Below, one piece after another: positions 1 through 4,505 of a stretch of DNA of 4,505 bases. The stretch is from a virus. Its lineage: Duplodnaviria; Heunggongvirae; Uroviricota; Caudoviricetes. Both the position numbers and the translations under genes were made by a program. Position 1 is the first letter of the stretch. The number at the start of each line of letters is the position of its first letter. The notes below the pieces were generated by a model that ran no database searches, was not told the DNA's origin, and saw nothing but the letters and a program-made list of their open reading frames with translations. Location of the stretch: IMG/VR virus record IMGVR_UViG_648276643_000012; one strand, 5' to 3'.

Positions 1-420
1 ATGACGGATTATCAGCCATACAGGAAAGGAACTGTGCTTGCCCCAACTGGGCCATGCAATCATCTTCATGTGATTTGTAATGATCCTGTTTATTACCCCG
101 TTAACGATTGTTATTGTGTTTTAGTTGTTAATATTTCTAGTATCAAGGATGGGGTCCCCCACGATCCGTCTTGCGTCTTGAATTCCGGTGATCATCGCTT
201 TATCAAGCATCCAAGTTATGTTGTTTACGCTGAAGCTATAATTTGGCGAGTGGATAACATGGTTAGAAAGCAGCGATCGGGTGAGATTTCTGTTCATGAT
301 GATATGCCAGAAGCTACATTCAATAGAATTCTGGACGGTTTTGATATATCTGATGAAGTTACGCCAAAGAACCTTAAATTTAAAAATAAATATTGCGTAT
401 CATCTATTGATGATGAGTAA
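1..420 (+). CDS. Hypothetical Cys/His-rich protein (139 aa); low-GC accessory gene; the 5' end coincides with the window start so the true start is uncertain
   Basis: ATG at 1 to TAA at 418-420. Product has clustered Cys/His (CNHLHVIC, CYC, HDPSC, HRFIKH) and an acidic C-terminus. Hand-counted GC is about 39% (163/420), versus about 55% in a sampled 60-nt stretch of the minus-strand operon (1561-1620). No family recognised. Upstream region is not in the window. Confidence 0.5.
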   Translation: MTDYQPYRKGTVLAPTGPCNHLHVICNDPVYYPVNDCYCVLVVNISSIKDGVPHDPSCVLNSGDHRFIKHPSYVVYAEAIIWRVDNMVRKQRSGEISVHDDMPEATFNRILDGFDISDEVTPKNLKFKNKYCVSSIDDE

Positions 421-459
421 ACAACAGGAATTGTTTCGGTATAGCTTCTGGAGTTTTCT

Positions 460-633
460 ATGGAAGATCAAAAAGCAACCAAGCCACAGGTTAAGTTCGA
501 CACAATGAAAGCATTCGCAGGTATGGGTGCTGCTGTTGAAGTTCTGATGAAGGCTGCTCCTAATGCGTTCACTCACGCTACTGTCTCTGGTAAAGAGCTG
601 CAGGGTAAGCTTCGTCGTCGCAAAGCAGCATGA
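460..633 (+). CDS. Small hypothetical protein (57 aa), Ala/Lys-rich with basic tail RRRKAA
   Basis: Found by reading frame 1; it is absent from the ORF track, presumably for length. ATG at 460 is preceded by GGAG (450-453) with a 6-nt spacer; TGA at 631-633. It lies 39 nt downstream of the 1-420 ORF, so probably co-transcribed, and a strong terminator follows about 20 nt downstream. Confidence 0.5.
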   Translation: MEDQKATKPQVKFDTMKAFAGMGAAVEVLMKAAPNAFTHATVSGKELQGKLRRRKAA

Positions 634-652
634 TCATAGCTGGTGCTTTTTG

Positions 653-683
653 AAAACCCGCCTTTAGGCGGGTTTTTTCTTTA
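653..683. terminator. Rho-independent terminator, probably bidirectional, between convergent transcription units
   Basis: Perfect 10-bp stem AAAACCCGCC / GGCGGGTTTT with a TTTA loop, followed on the + strand by the T-run TTTTTTCTTT. On the - strand the same hairpin is followed by a shorter run (UUUUCAAAAAG). It sits immediately after the stop codons of both the + strand 57-aa ORF and the - strand 681-962 gene. Confidence 0.75.
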
Positions 684-962
684 GTGATGTTCTTTGCCCT
701 TCTGTTTGCCTGTTCTGACCTGTTCCCACTCGATACGTCCTTCTTCTCGTCTTTTGTCTATGTATTCCGCAAGATCCTGAATATTGATGCAACGTTTTGC
801 TTTTTGTGATGTGCCGATGCGATATGTTGGAACGGGCAACTTACAAGCGTTTGCTTTTGCTTCTGCCGTGGCTGGACTCATGCCAAAGTACTTTTGGCTA
901 ACTGCTGAGAGTTCAATGTTAGGGGTATTGAATTCAGCCATCAGTAAAAACAAGGTGTTCAT
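681..962 (-). CDS. PrtN-family / excisionase-like small DNA-binding protein (93 aa); last gene of the minus-strand operon
   Basis: TAA at 681-683. ATG at 962 has GGAG with a 6-nt spacer (GATGGAGAAAATTATG). The track's longer GTG start at 989 and the ATG at 974 lack an SD. N-terminus MNTLFLLMAEF... and overall size resemble PrtN-type (pyocin activator / phage excisionase-like) proteins as I recall them; not searched. Confidence 0.65.
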   Translation of the reverse strand: MNTLFLLMAEFNTPNIELSAVSQKYFGMSPATAEAKANACKLPVPTYRIGTSQKAKRCINIQDLAEYIDKRREEGRIEWEQVRTGKQKGKEHH

Positions 963-998
963 AATTTTCTCCATCAAAACCGGCTGCACCCGGGAAAA

Positions 999-1571
999 TC
1001 ATAATTCTGTGCTGGTGGCAGGAATTAATTTCTGCCAGATAGCGGAAACATATTTTACCTGATGACGGGCATCAGCCAGGGCGTTGTGCCGTTCGCCATC
1101 GAAAGGCATGTCCATTTTGGGGTCGAATCCGATGGAACGCCCAAGCGTAACGATCGTGCGTACATCGTGGTCATTCCAGTACGCCCACGGGCAGATTTGT
1201 CCTGCTCGCTCATAAGCTCCACGTAAAATTACGTTGTCGAAGGTGGCCCCGTTACCCCAGACTTTTAAATATTTCGTATTGTCTGCGTGCCGGTTAATGA
1301 AATGGTTTAGTTCTGAGAGAGCATCGCTGATCGACAAAGTATCATCAATACAGATTGCAGCTCGCGCTTCAGGGCTTTGTTTCAACCACCACAGGATGGT
1401 ATCGCCGTCAGGTGTAGCTCCTTGCTTCATAGCACTGTCTAGGCTGACAACCGCATAGAATTCTTGTCCGATGTCTCCGGTTTCTGGAGTGAAGAACACC
1501 GCGCCAATGGAAACGATCGGTGCATCCTTATTTTTCCCCATCGTCTCAAGGTCGATCATTAAGTTGTTCAT
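999..1571 (-). CDS. DEDDh-type 3'-5' exonuclease (DnaQ-like fold), phage-encoded
   Basis: Motif I D-x-E in MIDLETMG, and motif III H-x4-D in ERHNALADAR. ATG at 1571 overlaps the TGA of the upstream gene (TGATG) with AGGAGG 7 nt upstream. The track's GTG at 1574 would have only a 4-nt spacer. Stop TGA at 999-1001. Confidence 0.8.
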   Translation of the reverse strand: MNNLMIDLETMGKNKDAPIVSIGAVFFTPETGDIGQEFYAVVSLDSAMKQGATPDGDTILWWLKQSPEARAAICIDDTLSISDALSELNHFINRHADNTKYLKVWGNGATFDNVILRGAYERAGQICPWAYWNDHDVRTIVTLGRSIGFDPKMDMPFDGERHNALADARHQVKYVSAIWQKLIPATSTEL

Positions 1572-2137
1572 CACTTCACCTCCTGCGGCGGTTCCGGTAG
1601 CGGCATCCAGTGAGTTGCTTGCTCAATACCATTACCCGGCTTAATCGTTGCTTCTCCTCGCTGGAATGTGCTTCCTGTATAGCGTGCGGAGCATATTAGC
1701 GGTTCAACCAGATAGCTATCGAAATTCACCGAAATAAGCACGTTCTGGCCCTTTTCAGGCATTCGATCACTACAGCTTATCCAACTATCCGGAGTTCCCG
1801 GAGAGTTGCCATTTACATCGAAGTTTGGCTCTGCGTCCTGAACCAGGAGGATGTAACCATTCTTGGCTGTATCAAGTTCTAACGCCTCGGTGACGGTACC
1901 GAAATAGCGATTACCTAAATCAGCATCACAAGTGCTTACATCAATGGAAACCTCCATGCCTTCGATTAATTCTGGCATGTTGTAAGTTTGGCTTACAGGC
2001 TCGACTTCCAGTGAGGCTAACGCAATCCGTGCCAGTTCTTCCGCTTCTTCTGCTGGCAGTACAACGTTGCTACCCGATCCGTATGTTTCGCGCCACTGCT
2101 GGATTGTCAGCAGGCGTTCTTTGGTAATAGTGGTCAT
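1571..2137 (-). CDS. DUF551 domain protein (188 aa) with an unassigned N-terminal region of about 110 aa
   Basis: ATG at 2137 with an AAGGTG SD and 8-nt spacer. C-terminal segment WISCSDRMPEKG...THWMPLPEPP matches the DUF551 signature I recall from lambdoid prophage early regions. Stop TGA at 1571-1573. Confidence 0.75.
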   Translation of the reverse strand: MTTITKERLLTIQQWRETYGSGSNVVLPAEEAEELARIALASLEVEPVSQTYNMPELIEGMEVSIDVSTCDADLGNRYFGTVTEALELDTAKNGYILLVQDAEPNFDVNGNSPGTPDSWISCSDRMPEKGQNVLISVNFDSYLVEPLICSARYTGSTFQRGEATIKPGNGIEQATHWMPLPEPPQEVK

Positions 2138-2139
2138 AG

Positions 2140-2328
2140 CTATTTCACCTTAATCTCAACATTTCGCAGCTTTAGCTCTACTGGCAGGTCTGACTTTCCG
2201 GTTAATGCTAATGCGAGATTTTCTGGAGTAATGAGAGCAGTTATTGTTCTACCCATCGCAAGGCGGATAATCAGCCTTATCTCTTCGTCACAAGCGCCAG
2301 GGCGAATAATTGATATTTGTCCGTTCAC
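2140..2328 (-). CDS. Small hypothetical protein (62 aa from GTG; 76 aa if the upstream ATG at 2370 is used)
   Basis: GTG at 2328 lies 1 nt after the TGA of the upstream gene, with AAGGAG 6 nt upstream. The alternative ATG at 2370 would overlap the upstream gene by 41 nt and has no SD. TAG at 2140-2142, 2 nt before the next gene's ATG. It fills an otherwise empty slot in a tightly packed operon. No family recognised. Confidence 0.45.
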   Translation of the reverse strand: MNGQISIIRPGACDEEIRLIIRLAMGRTITALITPENLALALTGKSDLPVELKLRNVEIKVK

Positions 2329-2329
2329 C

Positions 2330-2848
2330 TCACTCTCCTTTAATGCGAATGCCAGCGGCGCGGGAATCATTCCATCGCTTTACTTCTTCACGAATTACGT
2401 CAATGCATTCTTTCGAATCCATTAGGTAATCTTCATCAAAAAGACGTTCCTGTTCGTTTTCTATCGCAACAATGATTGCTTCAACTAACTTTTGTGCCTG
2501 AGAACCACTTTCTAACTCTGCTATGCGCTTACTCCCATCAGAGATAACACCTTCGTAATATTCACGCTGCTCGTTGAGTTTTGATTTTGCTGCCTCCAGT
2601 TCGTCCAGTAGTGCAATCACATCAGGGTCACTGTCATCAACTACTGTTACGCGTGATTTTTCATAATGTTCGTCGGCAAGTGTTCGACCAATTTTGAAAT
2701 CTCCATCACCACCATAACTGGAGCAGGCATAAACGACATGTGCTCCAGATATACGCTGTATTGACATTTCCTCGCCACAAACAGAGCATTCAGGTACTGG
2801 CTTAGGTGAATAACGTTCCCGTAGCGTCTGATAATCAATCTTGCTCAC
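2330..2848 (-). CDS. Hypothetical phage protein (172 aa) with N-terminal CxxC Zn-ribbon-like motif and coiled-coil; possibly ead/Ea22-like
   Basis: GTG at 2848 overlaps the TGA of the methyltransferase gene (GTGA) with AGGAGG 7 nt upstream. Contains PECSVCGEE...H...YACSS (C-x2-C ... H ... C), an acidic stretch (VVDDSDPD) and the segment ALLDELEAAKSKLNEQ, which resembles a motif I associate with ead/Ea22-like proteins (from memory, unverified). Stop TGA at 2330-2332. Confidence 0.7.
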   Translation of the reverse strand: MSKIDYQTLRERYSPKPVPECSVCGEEMSIQRISGAHVVYACSSYGGDGDFKIGRTLADEHYEKSRVTVVDDSDPDVIALLDELEAAKSKLNEQREYYEGVISDGSKRIAELESGSQAQKLVEAIIVAIENEQERLFDEDYLMDSKECIDVIREEVKRWNDSRAAGIRIKGE

Positions 2849-3330
2849 TGGTTGCCCTCCTTCATAAAAATAATCCAGTGGGTCTTGTCACCCTTTCCTG
2901 TTCGTTGACCGATAACAGGCTTTCTGTCGGTCAGTGCCAATATCTGGCGAACAGGTATTTGCGTTTCATTCCATTTAAAAATCAGAACGCCGTATGGCCG
3001 CAACACACGAAAGGCTTCTTTAAATCCCTGCCGCAAATTATCACGCCAGGTATCTTTATTCAGCCGTCCATATTTCTTTCCCATCCAGGCGTTATCACCA
3101 ACACGCTCAAGATGCGGAGGGTCGAATACAACAACCGGAAACGATGCGTCTGCAAATGGTAATGCACGAAAATCTGCTGTCAGGTCAGGGCTAATTATCA
3201 GCCGTCGTCCATCACACAATGTGTGCTCTTCCTTTCTGATATCGCTAAATATCGCCCGGTCGTCATTCTTATCGAACCAGAACATGCGACTGCCACAGCA
3301 CATGTCGAGGATTGTTGCATGTCCAGTCAC
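2845..3330 (-). CDS. Small SAM-dependent DNA methyltransferase (about 161 aa), amino-methyltransferase type with DPPH catalytic motif; probably orphan
   Basis: GTG at 3330 overlaps the TGA of the upstream gene (GTGA) with AGGAGG 6 nt upstream. The track's ATG at 3363 (172 aa) lacks an SD and would overlap the upstream gene by 37 nt. Motif I-like ILDMCCGSRMF (encoded about 3280-3312) is followed some 55 aa later by DPPH (encoded 3112-3123). Stop TGA at 2845-2847. Confidence 0.8.
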   Translation of the reverse strand: MTGHATILDMCCGSRMFWFDKNDDRAIFSDIRKEEHTLCDGRRLIISPDLTADFRALPFADASFPVVVFDPPHLERVGDNAWMGKKYGRLNKDTWRDNLRQGFKEAFRVLRPYGVLIFKWNETQIPVRQILALTDRKPVIGQRTGKGDKTHWIIFMKEGNQ

Positions 3331-3677
3331 TGGCTGCCTCCTTTGCGAATCTGTTCCGCCCATTCTTCAAGGGATTTCTCTGCATATTCACCGGACAGGC
3401 CATCAATTGGATGCGACTCATTAGCTAACTCTTCTTTCGCTGACAGAATCATGCGTGTAACATCGAAAACTTCAGCCAAAGGCTTATTGATAAATCCGTG
3501 ATTGAAAGCAGCAGCAAGACGGCTTGCGGTATAGTTAATACCCTCGTTGCGAGCCTCAGCACGTACTTCATCGAATTTACGCACCAGATACTCAGCATTT
3601 GTTTCATTCACTTTCAGATCTCGTGGTACACATTTCCCGCGAAGAAACCCTTCCATTTCGAAAACATTCATGCGCAT
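3327..3677 (-). CDS. Hypothetical protein (116 aa); YfdS-like by position downstream of the yfdR-like gene
   Basis: ATG at 3677 with GGAG 8 nt upstream; start overlaps the end of the HD gene by 10 nt. TGA at 3327-3329. No recognisable catalytic motif. The assignment rests on synteny with the yfdQ-yfdR-yfdS-yfdT cluster of E. coli K-12 CPS-53/KplE1, not on sequence recall. Confidence 0.7.
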   Translation of the reverse strand: MRMNVFEMEGFLRGKCVPRDLKVNETNAEYLVRKFDEVRAEARNEGINYTASRLAAAFNHGFINKPLAEVFDVTRMILSAKEELANESHPIDGLSGEYAEKSLEEWAEQIRKGGSQ

Positions 3678-4204
3678 TTGCGTAACTCCGATAACTCGTT
3701 AAAACGTTCCATAAACATCCCGTAGGCATGGCCCGGTGCCAGTGGAATCACGTTGAACATCTCTGTTGCCGGGATGCCTTCCAGTACAGGCCAGAAAGAG
3801 CCATCATCAAGCCCGAGATCGCGGCGTTCGGTTGCCAGCATGATGAGATCGGCATATTTCACGGGCGTACTCATAACCGGGGGTAACCCGTATTTCTCAC
3901 GGATTACGGCGTCTATTTTTTCTTCCATCTGTTTATAGTCAGGAAGAAGGCGTTTCAGTGGAGCGGGGATGTCCTGGCAATACGCTTCTGTTGCATCATG
4001 CATTAACGCTTCAAAAGCAAATTCCTGCGGTACCAGCTGGCTGCAAAGAACCACATGTTGGGCGACGCTGTAGAAGTGCGAAAGATGACCGGCAAAGCGA
4101 CAGATATTTGAAAGGGAAACCGCGATATCGTTAATATCGATGTCGTCTTTATTTATCCTGTCATAATAAAAATGCTTACCGGAAAAAGTTTTAATAAATG
4201 ACAT
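3668..4204 (-). CDS. yfdR: HD-domain phosphohydrolase, 5'-deoxynucleotidase YfdR-like (178 aa)
   Basis: HD signature present: H in VAQHVVL, then HD in EALMHDATEAY. The protein as a whole resembles E. coli K-12 CPS-53 prophage YfdR as I recall it. ATG at 4204 is preceded by GGAG with a 6-nt spacer (GTGGAGAACAAAATG). The track's GTG at 4231 is a 9-codon upstream extension without an SD. Stop TGA at 3668-3670. Confidence 0.85.
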   Translation of the reverse strand: MSFIKTFSGKHFYYDRINKDDIDINDIAVSLSNICRFAGHLSHFYSVAQHVVLCSQLVPQEFAFEALMHDATEAYCQDIPAPLKRLLPDYKQMEEKIDAVIREKYGLPPVMSTPVKYADLIMLATERRDLGLDDGSFWPVLEGIPATEMFNVIPLAPGHAYGMFMERFNELSELRKCA

Positions 4205-4297
4205 TTTGTTCTCCACGTATATGCGCTGCACCGCGCTGAATTCTGGTAAAAGGAAGCCCTCACCATCCGGCGATTATTGAGTTAATTACGTTTCCAT

Positions 4298-4319
4298 AAA
4301 TGCCCCCGCAGGGGCATTT
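4298..4319 (-). terminator. Perfect stem-loop in the intergenic gap; possible partial terminator or RNA structural element upstream of the yfdR-like gene
   Basis: Inverted repeat AAATGCCCC-CGCA-GGGGCATTT (9-bp stem, 4-nt loop) at 4298-4319. On the - strand it lies just downstream of the partial ORF stop (4332) and is followed by UUUAUGG, a weak U-tract. The + strand context is not U-rich. Confidence 0.4.
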
Positions 4320-4331
4320 GCAGTAATGAAA

Positions 4332-4505
4332 TCAGGCGGTGAAAGTACCAATAAAGGTTTCTACTTTGCTGTCTTTGAATTTCTCAACAAGCAGATCACG
4401 AAATTCGTTAGCCATTTCTTCCTGCACTGCTTCCAGCTGAATAATGCGCAGAACCAGTACAGGACGATCGCCAGTGATAATGCTGAGGCGTAATTTAAAT
4501 GGACG
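4332..4505 (-). CDS. 3' end of a gene truncated by the window edge (58 codons visible); likely yfdQ-like by synteny
   Basis: The - strand frame is open from 4505 to TGA at 4332-4334, translating to ...[57 protein letters not shown]. It is missing from the ORF track, presumably because the visible part is under the length cutoff. It sits immediately upstream of the yfdR-like gene. Confidence 0.55.
   Translation of the reverse strand, partial: RPFKLRLSIITGDRPVLVLRIIQLEAVQEEMANEFRDLLVEKFKDSKVETFIGTFTA

Noticed and set aside
281-508. 75-aa + strand ORF starting at GTG, overlapping the 1-420 ORF and the start of the 460-633 ORF
   Set aside because: Out-of-frame overlap with two better-supported ORFs, no SD, and a low-complexity hydrophobic product; probably a spurious frame.
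784-1062. 92-aa + strand ORF antisense to the xis-like and exonuclease genes
   Set aside because: Lies entirely antisense to well-supported, motif-bearing minus-strand genes; no SD; typical shadow ORF.
1234-1458. 74-aa + strand ORF inside the exonuclease gene
   Set aside because: Antisense to the DEDDh exonuclease coding sequence; shadow ORF.
2329-2370. Longer ATG-initiated version (76 aa) of the small ORF, overlapping the upstream gene by 41 nt
   Set aside because: No SD before the ATG at 2370, whereas the GTG at 2328 has AAGGAG at ideal spacing and sits just past the upstream stop. Kept as a stated alternative only.
2231-2425. 64-aa + strand ORF antisense to the small ORF and the Ea22-like gene
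   Set aside because: Antisense shadow ORF with no independent support.
2647-2838. 63-aa - strand ORF nested out-of-frame within the 2330-2848 gene
   Set aside because: Alternative frame of a gene that already has a strong SD and coupled start; no evidence for a nested gene.
2806-3501. Three + strand ORFs (2806-3162, 3221-3424, 3223-3501) antisense to the methyltransferase and YfdS-like genes
   Set aside because: All are antisense to genes with recognisable motifs (DPPH methyltransferase) or coupled starts; considered shadow ORFs.
3498-3938. Two + strand ORFs (3498-3725, 3753-3938) antisense to the YfdS-like and YfdR-like genes
   Set aside because: Antisense to the HD-domain gene, whose motif content strongly supports the minus-strand frame.
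4205-4297. Possible sigma-70 promoter for the yfdR-like gene in the intergenic gap
   Set aside because: Candidate hexamers (TTTACC, TTCAGC, TATACG) have wrong spacing (23 or 13 nt) and poor -10 matches; not supportable by eye.
1-4505. CRISPR array, tRNA/rRNA genes, IS element or integrase
   Set aside because: No regularly spaced direct repeats, no tRNA-like structure in the only sizeable non-coding stretches (634-680, 4205-4331), no terminal inverted repeats or transposase-like ORF, and no long ORF resembling a tyrosine or serine recombinase.

Overview
The window looks like an accessory ('early-left'-type) operon of a lambdoid, CPS-53/KplE1-like enterobacterial prophage, read from sequence alone with no database search. 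Eight tightly packed genes lie on the minus strand (4505 down to 681): a partial yfdQ-like 3' end, an HD-domain YfdR-like nucleotidase, a YfdS-like protein, a small DNA methyltransferase (DPPH motif), a possible Ea22-like Zn-ribbon/coiled-coil protein, a 62-aa ORF, a DUF551 protein, a DEDDh 3'-5' exonuclease and a PrtN/excisionase-like protein. Most junctions have overlapping stop/start codons (GTGA, TGATG) or gaps of only 1-2 nt, each with a Shine-Dalgarno sequence inside the upstream gene; the only true gaps are 36 nt before the last gene and 127 nt after the partial ORF. The operon ends at a strong bidirectional intrinsic terminator (653-683). Converging on it from the plus strand is a two-gene cassette (1-420, 460-633) of lower GC encoding a Cys/His-rich 139-aa protein and a 57-aa protein that I cannot assign to any family; this is the best candidate for something undescribed, though that is speculative. 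No integrase, tRNA, rRNA, CRISPR array or IS element is visible. Several starts in the supplied ORF track are GTG/ATG upstream extensions and were re-set using SD spacing.
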